Positions 1 through 8,551 of a stretch of DNA of 32,000 nucleotides are shown piece after piece. Numbering within the stretch: the first letter of the stretch is position 1; each line of letters begins with the position of its first letter. Made by a program: the position numbers and the translations under genes. The notes beneath the pieces are model-generated. The model was not told the origin of the DNA. It saw nothing but the letters and a program-made list of their open reading frames with translations, and ran no database searches. The stretch lies in contig JAIRQE010000015.1 in NCBI GenBank assembly GCA_031256725.1, positions 109,149 through 141,148 on the forward strand. The letters are read 5' to 3'. Source of the DNA: Propionibacteriaceae bacterium (GTDB lineage: Bacteria > Actinomycetota > Actinomycetes > Propionibacteriales > Propionibacteriaceae).

Positions 1-232
1 TCGATTCCTTGGCAGCATGTTGATGAATAGTTTGTCGACTTATCGTTCCTGACTTCTTGGTACTTGGAGGGTTGGGTACAAGAAATTCACCAATAGTACA
101 TGGGGACAGACGGAACCACCGTTAAAGTCACGTTGCTTGGGTGCACAAGGGACTTCACTCAGTACTGTGGGACGGACCTATAACCATTGGGATCACGTGG
201 AGTGTATATCTATATAACGCACTTGCGCAGTT

Positions 233-285
233 GTTTCTCGAAGGAAACAACTCCTCCGTTCGGGAAGACGGTTCACAACAGATAT
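233..285 (+). repeat. Copy A of a 53-nt conserved intergenic element (copy B at 5242-5294)
   Basis: GGAAACAACTCCTCCGTTCGGGAAGACGGTTCACAACAGATATACCCTACCCT matches 5242-5294 at 49/53 positions in the same orientation. It contains a CCGT-N8-ACGG hairpin. The stem is intact in both copies, and 2 of the 4 differences fall in the loop. Confidence 0.7.
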
Positions 286-345
286 ACCCTACCCTCCACG
301 TCGACGTTTCAGATTTCCCAAGAATGGTCATTCTTCAATGATGGT

Positions 346-436
346 GGGTGTCAGGGGACGTATCTCGGACACTCGGAACGCAGGACATCCTGGCACATAT
401 CATCCTCAGAGTCAGGAGATACGTCCCCTGACACCC
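346..436. repeat. Perfect 21-bp inverted repeat (long stem-loop, 49-nt loop) in the non-coding region upstream of ispE
   Basis: GGGTGTCAGGGGACGTATCTC (346-366) is the exact reverse complement of GAGATACGTCCCCTGACACCC (416-436). No convincing ORF covers 1-529. Confidence 0.8.
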
Positions 437-529
437 TCAGATTCCCACGGATGATCGGAGATTCCGACTTCCGTATCAGGGTTGTCCACCCGCAATGATG
501 ACTTCTTTTCATGGAGTACGCTGCTTATC

Positions 530-1465
530 ATGAGCACGACCCCTTCATTTGGTGACCAGGGTTCTGTGCGTGTACGCGTACCCGCCAAGATCAACCTTGC
601 CCTGTGCGTTGGCGGTAACCGCCCAGACGGGTACCACGAGTTGGCGACCATCTTCCAGGCGGTGTCACTCTATGACGATGTGACTGCCACGCGTACCCCA
701 TCCGCGATCACCTGCGAGATGCGTGGAGCTGAGGCACACAAGATCGGCCCTGGTGAGGACAACCTTGCCCATCGTGCCGCCCGCCTATTGAAGAATGAGT
801 ACGATGTCCGCGAAGGGGTACATCTCACCATCGACAAGCGCATCCCTGTTGCAGGTGGAATGGCTGGGGGATCCGCCGATGCGGCTGGCGCGCTCTTGGC
901 CTGTTCTCGATTGTGGGATCTGCGAGTGAGCCTCGACGACCTCATGACCCTGGGGGCACGCCTCGGAGCCGATGTACCCTTCCCCCTCATGGGTGGATGT
1001 GCTATTGGCCTCGGACGTGGTGAATCCCTGACACCCGTGTTGAGTCGAGGGCAGTACCATTGGGTTTTGGCTCTCTCGGCTTCCCAGTTGTCGACACCAG
1101 CGGTCTTCCAACGTTTCGATGAGCTCACGTCCTGTTTTGAGGTACCTGAGGTACCCGAGATTCCTAAAGAGCTCATGATGGCCCTGGCCTCTGGGGATGC
1201 CGTCCAAGTCGGACGCAACCTTGTCAACGAGCTTTCAGCAGCTTCATGCTCCCTTGCTCCCGAGTTGCCCACCACTCTTCGTGCTGGATGCGAAGCTGGA
1301 TGCTTAGGCTCAATCATCTCTGGATCAGGCCCCACTGTGGCATTCCTTGTCAAGGGTGAGGCCGAAGCTACCGAACTTGCGCTCTTCCTCTCAACACTGG
1401 GTATAGCCCGTGAGGTACGATTGGCGGTAGGGCCAGTACCAGGAGCAACAGTCATAGAAGAATGA
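530..1465 (+). CDS. ispE: 4-diphosphocytidyl-2-C-methyl-D-erythritol kinase (GHMP kinase family)
   Basis: ORF 482..1465. It has the N-terminal PAKINLAL..GG.RPDGYHEL..IFQAV motif and the GHMP glycine-rich loop PVAGGMAGGSADAAG. I moved the start to ATG 530 (MSTTPSFG...) because 482 is a TTG that adds a non-homologous-looking extension. Confidence 0.93.
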   Translation: MSTTPSFGDQGSVRVRVPAKINLALCVGGNRPDGYHELATIFQAVSLYDDVTATRTPSAITCEMRGAEAHKIGPGEDNLAHRAARLLKNEYDVREGVHLTIDKRIPVAGGMAGGSADAAGALLACSRLWDLRVSLDDLMTLGARLGADVPFPLMGGCAIGLGRGESLTPVLSRGQYHWVLALSASQLSTPAVFQRFDELTSCFEVPEVPEIPKELMMALASGDAVQVGRNLVNELSAASCSLAPELPTTLRAGCEAGCLGSIISGSGPTVAFLVKGEAEATELALFLSTLGIAREVRLAVGPVPGATVIEE

Positions 1466-1656
1466 CCATCTTTGAACGTCCTATAACGTCGAGGGTCATG
1501 ACCCAGAACTTCACAATTTCTATCCTCAAGTAGTCCACCAGCCGAGAGTTGTGAACTTTGAAGGTCCTAGAGCACCGAAATCGCAGTACAACTTCACAAT
1601 TCGCCCAGGACTATCGAGAGTCGATGGATTTCTTGAAGTTGTGTCGCGGGTACTCC

Positions 1657-3213
1657 TTATTGCCGTGGTCCGGGATGACGGGGGAAGACAACCGTGGTTT
1701 TGTGGAGCCGACTTTGTTTGACGTGTACAGCTAATGGCCTAGATCCGTGGGAGGGACCCTGTACATTTGCGCTCTTGAGTACATCGCGTGTTTCTGCTGC
1801 CTGAGCCCTGCGAGTGGTACGGGTACTGTGGCTCACCGGGCGCGAGGCTGATGTTCGGGGGGAGAGCAGGGTCTTTGCGAGAGCCTGTTGGGCGGCTCGG
1901 GCGGTGCGCTTGGCTCCACGGATCTTCGGAAGTTCCCCGCCAATGACCTCGTAGTCGGTCAGGGAAAAGATGGGTTTCGTGATCCTCGTCCACAGGGAGC
2001 CTGCCGCGTTTGCAGCAGTACGCGCGACTGTGGTGGTGCGGTAACGCAGGCTGGCTTTCTGTTTGGCTTCGGCGACTGCAGCGCGCTCGGCTTCGCGGAC
2101 CTCTCGATGAAGGACACGGGTCTTCGTTGACGGATCTGGGATAAGCCAGGGGTCGTAGAATTCTTCCACCTCGGATTCGTCGACCTTCGGTTCGACCTGG
2201 GGTTCGTCGACCTCGGGTTGGGGAAGGTCAAGGGTCTGTTCTGGCAGTTCTTTAGAAGCTGGTACCTCGCTCTGGGTGGGAGCCTCTGTGTCAGTAACCG
2301 TCGGCTTGCGATACTTGGGTACGAGCTTCCTGTCTTCTTCAATGGGTATGAGAACCAGAAGGTTGGCGAGGTTCCATGAACTCAACCAGAGTGTGAGGGT
2401 ACCCGTGATGGAGGAGAGGGCAACCACAAGGGTGTTGGCCTGGGATCCTGGTCCAACGGTACCAAAGGCCCACGCGATATCGATAGACATCAGGGATACG
2501 GTCGGTACCACACAGAAGAGGAGGATCAACTGAATGTCTCGAATGGTCCGTCTGCGGAAACTATGATCTAAGGCTATGTACTTGAATGAGGGGAGGAATA
2601 CTGGGCGCTTGAGGACGACAAGCACACCAACCAGAGCAATGAGGAAAACAATGGGTATTGTTATCAGTAGTGGGACTGTGTAGAAGGAGCCAACGAAGGG
2701 GGTACGCATCCCCCAATCAAAGACTCCATCGAGATTCCAACTGTGAACCCAGGTACGGTTGTCCATGCTCGCCTCGGTGGCTGCCCAGATAGCTGTAAAA
2801 ACCGCAAGCCCTATCATGAGTATCACGAGGATCAACAACGGCCACCAAAGGTAATCTTTAGCCCGCATTGCGGTCAACTTGCCCTGTGTGTCCCCAGGTG
2901 TACGCCCCAAGAGCCACCAGTCGCCACCAACAATGATCACCAATGTGATGACTGCGAACAGGCTGGGGGCAACGAGTATTCCCTGGTTGTACTGTGTGGT
3001 CAGACCCACAGTGATTGCGGCGGTAAGACCGAGGGCAACCGCACCGATTCGTGTCCATCGAGTGATTTTGGTAATCCGGGGAAGCTGGTTGTAACGAATC
3101 TTCATCTTCCGCCAGTTGCGTCGGTGCCCGAACAGGGTGGCCAGGAAGATCAAAATGGACATAACAACGACCGCAGCTACTACCCAGCCTCCAAGCAGGG
3201 ACGAAGCCGTCAT
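1657..3213 (-). CDS. Polytopic membrane protein of unknown function with an acidic/proline-rich and basic C-terminal cytoplasmic tail
   Basis: 518-aa ORF. About 8 hydrophobic segments occupy the first ~300 aa. The tail carries short PQPEVDEPQVEPKVDESEVEE repeats. I recognise no family signature. Confidence 0.6.
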   Translation of the reverse strand: MTASSLLGGWVVAAVVVMSILIFLATLFGHRRNWRKMKIRYNQLPRITKITRWTRIGAVALGLTAAITVGLTTQYNQGILVAPSLFAVITLVIIVGGDWWLLGRTPGDTQGKLTAMRAKDYLWWPLLILVILMIGLAVFTAIWAATEASMDNRTWVHSWNLDGVFDWGMRTPFVGSFYTVPLLITIPIVFLIALVGVLVVLKRPVFLPSFKYIALDHSFRRRTIRDIQLILLFCVVPTVSLMSIDIAWAFGTVGPGSQANTLVVALSSITGTLTLWLSSWNLANLLVLIPIEEDRKLVPKYRKPTVTDTEAPTQSEVPASKELPEQTLDLPQPEVDEPQVEPKVDESEVEEFYDPWLIPDPSTKTRVLHREVREAERAAVAEAKQKASLRYRTTTVARTAANAAGSLWTRITKPIFSLTDYEVIGGELPKIRGAKRTARAAQQALAKTLLSPRTSASRPVSHSTRTTRRAQAAETRDVLKSANVQGPSHGSRPLAVHVKQSRLHKTTVVFPRHPGPRQ

Positions 3214-3413
3214 TTCACATCCTTTTCGGGCAACTGATGCGCATTACTGTAGTCACGACTAGGGGATCGACATGTCGAAACGCCGATTTGTTGCTTGTGA
3301 GCACCCCCACCAACGCGACGAACACTCAAGAACTCATAGGCGCTTATGGTCGAGTATGACTGGTGATCCTCCGAGAGTCAAGGCAAAACACCCTGGACTC
3401 GGTCCTTGACCGT

Positions 3414-5054
3414 CTACATGAAATCCGGGGGATGGATACCCAAGAGTTTCAGACCAGTGGCAAGTACTCTTTGCGTGGCCCGACATAGCACCAATCTGGA
3501 CGAGCGTTCCTCACTCTTCAGTACGGAACATTGCTCGTAGAAAATCGAGAATTGGGAGGCCAACTCGAAGAGGTACCCACACAGTTTATGGGGTTGCAAA
3601 CTCTCGGAAACCTCTTCCACGACCTGAGGAAACAGGGTGAGACTCAGAGCCAGGAGTTCTTCTGCTGGCTCAGTGAGAGCACTGATCTCAGCTGTCTGAT
3701 CATCCACGACATCTCCTTGGGAGGCAGCGTCACGAAGGATCTTGGAGGGTCGTGCATGAGCATATTGAAGATAGGGCCCTGTATCACCCTTCGTGGCGGT
3801 CATCCTGGTCACATCGAAGACATAATCCTTGTGGAGGCCATTGGAGAGGTCGGCATATTTCACAGCAGCCATTGCCACTTCTGGTACTGCTACCTCCTCG
3901 GCGGCATCCAGCAGGGTTTCAAGGGTGACGGCTTTCCCATCTCGTGTCTTGAACATCTTCCCATCCGAGCCAAGTACAGATCCGAAGCCCACATGCTCGG
4001 CCTTGACATCTGCCGGAAGCCAGCCTGCCAACCGAGCGGTGGTGAAGACTTGGGAGAAATGATGGGCCTGAGGGGAACCGACAACGTAGATGATCCGATT
4101 AGCTTTCAGCGTATCCACGCGGTACCTAATGGCGGCAAGATCTGTTGCCGAGTAGCCGTACCCTCCATCTGATTTGCGTACGATGACAGGAGCCTCATCA
4201 TCAGGCAGGAACACGCACAGGGCCCCATCATCCATGGTGGCAATCCCCAGGGCCTCCAAGTCGGTAGCCACTGCATCCAGCATCGGGTTGTACATGGATT
4301 CCCCGGCCAGATCTGTATCAGTCAGGAGCACCCCAAGACGTTGGTACGCCTTATTGAAACCCGCCTTAGAAACGTCAATCAGGGTCTGCCATACCTGTCG
4401 GGTTTCAGGGTCCCCGGCCTGGAGGGCCACCACGCGCTTGCGTGCAGCCTCCGCGAACCCCTCGTCGTCCCGGAAATGGGTCTGGGCTCGCTTATAGAGT
4501 TCAACTGAGGTTTCAAGTGTGAGGCTTGAGGGGTCTGTACCCTCGAAAAGGATCTGCTCAACCAGCATTCCGAATTGGGTACCCCAGTCGCCGATGTGGT
4601 TTTGGGGGATGACCGTGTTCCCGGTGGCTCTCAGGACTCGTACCAAACAGTCACCGATAATCGTTGAACGCAGGTTCCCGACATGCATGGGTTTGGCAAC
4701 GTTAGGTGCCGAGTAATCGACAATAACTGTTGCTGGCGTCTCGGATTGGGTGATGCCGCAGTGGGGGTCTGCAAGCAGGTCGGTGACCGCCGTACCGAGG
4801 CGATCCGAGCGCAAGCGAATGTTGATAAACCCAGGACCAGCGATCTCCAAGGGCTCACAGATGTCACTCATATCCAAGGAATCAACAATCTCTTGGGCGA
4901 TCTCGCGAGGCTTCCGCCCCGAGTCGGCAGCCAGACGCAGAGCAGCATTGCATTGATAGTGACCAAAGGCTGGTTTGGTTGATGCGCGAAGCTCTGGATC
5001 AATACCGATGATTTCTTGGATCCTTTGGGAGACTATTGCTGGGAGAGAAGCCAT
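3414..5054 (-). CDS. argS: Arginine--tRNA ligase
   Basis: ORF 3414..5120. It has the class-I HIGH-type motif PMHVGNLRSTIIGD and an ArgRS-like N-terminus and length. ATG 5054 (MASLPAIV...) is preferred over the 22-codon upstream extension. Confidence 0.93.
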   Translation of the reverse strand: MASLPAIVSQRIQEIIGIDPELRASTKPAFGHYQCNAALRLAADSGRKPREIAQEIVDSLDMSDICEPLEIAGPGFINIRLRSDRLGTAVTDLLADPHCGITQSETPATVIVDYSAPNVAKPMHVGNLRSTIIGDCLVRVLRATGNTVIPQNHIGDWGTQFGMLVEQILFEGTDPSSLTLETSVELYKRAQTHFRDDEGFAEAARKRVVALQAGDPETRQVWQTLIDVSKAGFNKAYQRLGVLLTDTDLAGESMYNPMLDAVATDLEALGIATMDDGALCVFLPDDEAPVIVRKSDGGYGYSATDLAAIRYRVDTLKANRIIYVVGSPQAHHFSQVFTTARLAGWLPADVKAEHVGFGSVLGSDGKMFKTRDGKAVTLETLLDAAEEVAVPEVAMAAVKYADLSNGLHKDYVFDVTRMTATKGDTGPYLQYAHARPSKILRDAASQGDVVDDQTAEISALTEPAEELLALSLTLFPQVVEEVSESLQPHKLCGYLFELASQFSIFYEQCSVLKSEERSSRLVLCRATQRVLATGLKLLGIHPPDFM

Positions 5055-5241
5055 GGGTTCTATTGTACGACCCTGGGTGATGTACCCACGGCTTGTACGC
5101 GACTCTTCACGACCAGACACATGGATTGTTCACGTTGACGGTACTGATCAGTCATTGGTGGACCTCAATGATCCGACTTATGTCCTCTTCTTCTTGGAAG
5201 AGAGCGTACTGGTTGATGATTCTTCGATCTAGGCTTGTGAC

Positions 5242-5294
5242 GGAAACAACTCCTCCGTTCGGGAGAACGGTTCGCAACAGATATACCCCACCCT
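5242..5294 (+). repeat. Copy B of the 53-nt conserved intergenic element
   Basis: 49/53 identity to 233-285 in the same orientation. It lies in the divergent argS / aminopeptidase intergenic region, 60 nt upstream of ATG 5355. Confidence 0.7.
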
Positions 5295-5354
5295 GCTCTT
5301 GTCGTTGGGTAGTCAGTTTCACTACGTGGGTCCGTATCGTGAGAGACTGATCAC

Positions 5355-6671
5355 ATGTCGTTCGTGGAGTTTTTGGGGGCATCGCCGTCGGCTTATCATG
5401 CTTGTGCAGAAGTCGCTCGCCAACTGCGGGAGGTTGGGTACCAGGAGCAACTGGAAACTGAGCCCTGGGATTCAACGCCTGGAGGTCATTTCGTATGCCG
5501 TGACGGAGCCATCGTGGCTTATCACCTGGGGGAAGTTGGGTCTCGATTCGCAATCCTGGGGGCTCATACAGATTCCCCTGGATTCAAGCTGAAACCCCGT
5601 CCACAGCATTCATCCTATCGGTGGTCCCAGGCAGGGATGGAGGTCTACGGTGGGCCGCTGCTCAATTCTTGGTTGGACCGCGAGTTCGGTTTAGCTGGAC
5701 GTGTTGTTTTGAGTACAGGCGAACAGCGCCTTGTGGCGACTGACCCCTGGCTGAGGATTCCGCAACTGGCTCCCCATCTAGATCGGTCGGTCAACGATGG
5801 ATTGATTCTCAATCCGCAAAGACACCTCATGCCGGTCTACGCAGTGGGGGTACGATCCCTCAAATCATGGAAGACCCCTCGCGCTGGTACTTCTGGTACC
5901 TCTGGGAACTCGGACTTCAGGCCAGTTGTTGATACGGCAGGTGTGGACATCATCCAAGCTTTAGCTGAGGTATTAGGGTGCGCCGCAGACGAGATCATGG
6001 GTCACGACCTTTTCGCGTATATCACCCAACCTCCAGAGTATTTTGGTGTTGACAAGCAGTTTCTCGCTGCCGGTCGTCTTGATAATCTGTCCAGCGTCTA
6101 CCCTGGCCTGCAAGCGTTGATCGCCGCTGAACCCTCCATAGGTACCATTCCGGTCCTAGCCTGCTTCGATCATGAGGAAGTCGGATCTGAAACCCGTACT
6201 GGCGCTGGAGGTACTCTCCTCGACGATGTTCTCACCAGGATCTGCTTGGGTCTCAGCCTTACCGCCGACGAGGCCTATCAGGTACGCGCTCGCTCCCAGA
6301 TGGTCTCGGCTGATGCGGGCCATTCGATCCATCCGAATTACCCCGAGAAGCATGACCTCGATGAACATCCGCTGATGGGTGCGGGCCCGATGATCAAGAT
6401 CAACGCCCAGCAGAGGTACACTTCCGACGGCCCCGGACGTCAACTGTGGGCCGCTATCTGCGCCGAAGCTGGGGTACCCCATCAAGTCTTCGTCTCCAAT
6501 AATGCAGTACCCTGCGGTTCCACGATCGGCCCCATCGCCTCCACCCGCCTAGGAATCCCCACCGTGGATGTCGGCATCCCCCTATTAAGTATGCATTCCG
6601 CCCGAGAAATGTGCGCCCCCATAGATGTCGAGTACCTAACCCAAGCCCTCACAGTCTTTTTCATCGGATAG
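5355..6671 (+). CDS. M18 family (aspartyl-type) aminopeptidase
   Basis: 438-aa ORF carrying GAHTDSPGFKLKP, ACFDHEEVGSETRTGAGG and LLSMHSAREM, which are typical of peptidase family M18. Confidence 0.9.
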   Translation: MSFVEFLGASPSAYHACAEVARQLREVGYQEQLETEPWDSTPGGHFVCRDGAIVAYHLGEVGSRFAILGAHTDSPGFKLKPRPQHSSYRWSQAGMEVYGGPLLNSWLDREFGLAGRVVLSTGEQRLVATDPWLRIPQLAPHLDRSVNDGLILNPQRHLMPVYAVGVRSLKSWKTPRAGTSGTSGNSDFRPVVDTAGVDIIQALAEVLGCAADEIMGHDLFAYITQPPEYFGVDKQFLAAGRLDNLSSVYPGLQALIAAEPSIGTIPVLACFDHEEVGSETRTGAGGTLLDDVLTRICLGLSLTADEAYQVRARSQMVSADAGHSIHPNYPEKHDLDEHPLMGAGPMIKINAQQRYTSDGPGRQLWAAICAEAGVPHQVFVSNNAVPCGSTIGPIASTRLGIPTVDVGIPLLSMHSAREMCAPIDVEYLTQALTVFFIG

Positions 6672-6814
6672 TTGGCGTGACCCTAAGGGGCCAGAATCTT
6701 CCTCAGACTGGGCAGCCGATTCCGTAAGTTCGCAAATAAGGCTGGATTATGGATGGGTCTTCGCACACCCTGAGGTTTGGGAACTTCTGTAGTGGGGTCG
6801 TTGGACTTTAGCTC

Positions 6815-7471
6815 TCATGGTTGGGGGGTCGCAGGCAGTACTAATCCGGCGATGATCGTACCTGCTACTAACCAGGGGCCGAATGCGAACTGGCGTACCC
6901 GTGCTAGGGCAGAGTAGAGGACTGCGAGAAGGCAGCCGACTAGGAGTCCAGCGAAGACGGCGGTGGGAGAGATGAGGCCCAGCCACCATCCGCAGATTAT
7001 GACGAGTTTGACGTCGCCAAGGCCAAGGTCGCCGCGGGTGAGCATGTGGATAGCGAGGAAGGCCACGCCACAGACGAGTCCTGTCGTAAATCCCATGAGC
7101 AGACGTACCGGGTCTGACCATGCGCAACCCAATCCAGCAAGGATGGTTGTCACTGCGAGAAGGAACTGTGCTGGATCGGGCAGACGTCGTACATCCATGT
7201 CGACCGCAGCCATCCACGATCCGATCGCGCTGAATGCCATCCACCCTAGAAGGTGAGCCCAGTAGGTGAGGTCATATGTGGGCGGGATCAGCCATACTGT
7301 ACTCCCCCAACAGGCGGCCAATGCACAAGGTACCCACCATCGAGTCCCAGGTGGTGCAAGACTTGTTTCATCACTATCTTCCCAAGTCACTCGATAGTTA
7401 AGCCTGTTAAGCCAACGTCGAATGACTTCGCCAACAATTAGTCCTGATGCGATCCCGGCAGCGATCCCCAT
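6815..7471 (-). CDS. A24 family prepilin (type IV / Flp) leader peptidase
   Basis: 218-aa polytopic ORF. It has the two catalytic Asp contexts AAVDMDVRRLPD and GLGDVKL, plus the C-terminal FGPWLVAG motif. Confidence 0.85.
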   Translation of the reverse strand: MGIAAGIASGLIVGEVIRRWLNRLNYRVTWEDSDETSLAPPGTRWWVPCALAACWGSTVWLIPPTYDLTYWAHLLGWMAFSAIGSWMAAVDMDVRRLPDPAQFLLAVTTILAGLGCAWSDPVRLLMGFTTGLVCGVAFLAIHMLTRGDLGLGDVKLVIICGWWLGLISPTAVFAGLLVGCLLAVLYSALARVRQFAFGPWLVAGTIIAGLVLPATPQP

Positions 7472-7612
7472 CGCCCCCTCCCTTCATGGTTAGTACATCA
7501 ATCCTTGCTAACCACAAAGCCCCATAGAAAGTTATCCACAGGTTTTCTGTTGGGAAGTGGACCCTCTTTTGAACATCGGGACTATCCGATAAACGGTGGG
7601 TGGCCCGGCATT

Positions 7613-7975
7613 TTAATTGCTACCTTCTTGGTTGAGTTGACTTGGGAAGGTGATGGCGAACGCGTTTAACACTGGTTTCCGCCTGTTCATCCATCGTGCC
7701 TTAGCTTTCCCATGGGGGTCACGTGATCTGGCCACGAGATACAAGCATTTCAGTGCTGCTTGATCATTGGGGAAATGACCTCTGGCTTTCACAGCTCTTC
7801 TCAAACGAGCGTTCAACGATTCGATCGCGTTCGTTGTGCAGATCACCTGTCGGATCTCGGGATCATAGGCCAGGAAAGGAATGAACTCTTCCCATGCTGA
7901 ACGCCTCAGGTTGATCGCAGCAGGATACTTTGATCCCCATTTCTTAGCGAACTCATCGAACCGGAAGTTCGCGCT
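7613..7975 (-). pseudogene. IS256-family transposase, C-terminal ~120-aa remnant (5'-truncated)
   Basis: Translation reads ...FDEFAKKWGSKYPAAINLRRSAWEEFIPFLAYDPEIRQVICTTNAIESLNARLRRAVKARGHFPNDQAALKCLYLVA..., the conserved C-terminal region of IS256/mutator-type transposases. The open frame continues upstream of the listed GTG 7846 with no start codon and ends at an in-frame TAG (7997-7999). The N-terminal ~300 aa are missing. Confidence 0.85.
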
Positions 7976-8011
7976 AGTGTCGCTAGGTTTGCTAGACTAT
8001 CCTCTGCCCAA

Positions 8012-8084
8012 GCGCCTGTAGCTTAATGGATAGAGCATCTGACTACGGATCAGAAGGTTGGGGGTTCGACTCCCTCCAGGCGCG
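8012..8084 (+). tRNA. tRNA-Arg (anticodon ACG)
   Basis: A 73-nt cloverleaf folded by hand. Acceptor stem GCGCCTG/CAGGCGC, D stem GCTT/GAGC, anticodon stem TCTGA/TCAGA with loop CTACGGA, T stem GGGGG/CCCTC with TTCGACT loop, discriminator G. CCA is not encoded. Confidence 0.92.
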
Positions 8085-8387
8085 CAGATTATGACGGCCC
8101 ACTTCAATCGGCAGTACGACGGGGACATAACGCCCTTGCTCATCCACTGTTGGCATGATAGTAGTTAAATCAACTGAGAAGAATTCAACTACTTTGTAGA
8201 TATCTTTGATGCTCCACGAGATTTTCCCGCTCAGTTTTCCACCCATTGCATGTGGTCCAACTCCAAGTGCTTCGCCTAGCTCTATGCGAGTAGTTTTACT
8301 TCTGAACATGAGCTGATTAACGGTCTCTGAGATGGCATGGTCAGGCGCATAAACGGGATCAATTTCAATCGGTCTGGGTCTAGCCAT
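8043..8387 (-). CDS. XRE-family helix-turn-helix transcriptional regulator
   Basis: ORF 8043..8456 with the start set to ATG 8387 (MARPRPIEID...). The HTH segment is SKTTRIELGEALGVGPHAMGGKLSGKISWSIKDIYKVVEFF. The last 14 codons overlap the 3' half of the tRNA. Confidence 0.7.
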   Translation of the reverse strand: MARPRPIEIDPVYAPDHAISETVNQLMFRSKTTRIELGEALGVGPHAMGGKLSGKISWSIKDIYKVVEFFSVDLTTIMPTVDEQGRYVPVVLPIEVGRHNLRAWRESNPQPSDP

Positions 8388-8394
8388 GTGATGA

Positions 8395-8423
8395 ATTGTA
8401 TTCAGATCTAGACTAATAAGCAA
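8395..8423 (-). promoter_or_regulatory. Candidate promoter of the XRE gene (near-leaderless)
   Basis: On the minus strand: TTGCTT (8423-8418), a 17-nt spacer, then TACAAT (8400-8395). Only 7 nt separate the -10 from ATG 8387. The spacer contains the CAGATCTAGA motif. Confidence 0.45.
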
Positions 8424-8521
8424 GTAAAACCAGTAAATAGTTGTAGTGTGTCGCATAAAACTACTTCTACTCTAATTTAGTGACTTCGGAGCTGGTTTTT
8501 CTATTAAGCATGATCCAGATC

Positions 8522-8551
8522 TTGATAAAACTTGTCATTAGTTGTTATACT
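8522..8551 (+). promoter_or_regulatory. Candidate promoter of the rightward ICE operon
   Basis: TTGATA (8522-8527), an 18-nt spacer, then TATACT (8546-8551) in an AT-rich intergenic region. The -35 overlaps the second CAGATCTTGA motif. A GGAGGA RBS precedes ATG 8610. Confidence 0.45.

Noticed and set aside
670-1455. 261-aa minus-strand ORF (and 785..1207) antisense to ispE
   Set aside because: It lies entirely inside a gene with clear family motifs. The translation is Arg/Ser/Pro/Ala-rich low-complexity sequence, typical of antisense frames in GC-biased coding DNA.
5055-5354. T-box or other riboswitch leader for argS (including the minus-strand reading of the 53-nt element)
   Set aside because: I found no T-box consensus (AGGGUGGUACCGCG-like), specifier or antiterminator architecture. 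The same element also occurs upstream of ispE, where there is no aminoacyl-tRNA synthetase.
6747-7244. 165-aa minus-strand ORF overlapping the prepilin peptidase in another frame
   Set aside because: The overlapping 6815..7471 frame carries the A24 catalytic motifs. This frame is Arg/Pro/Ser-rich with no motifs.
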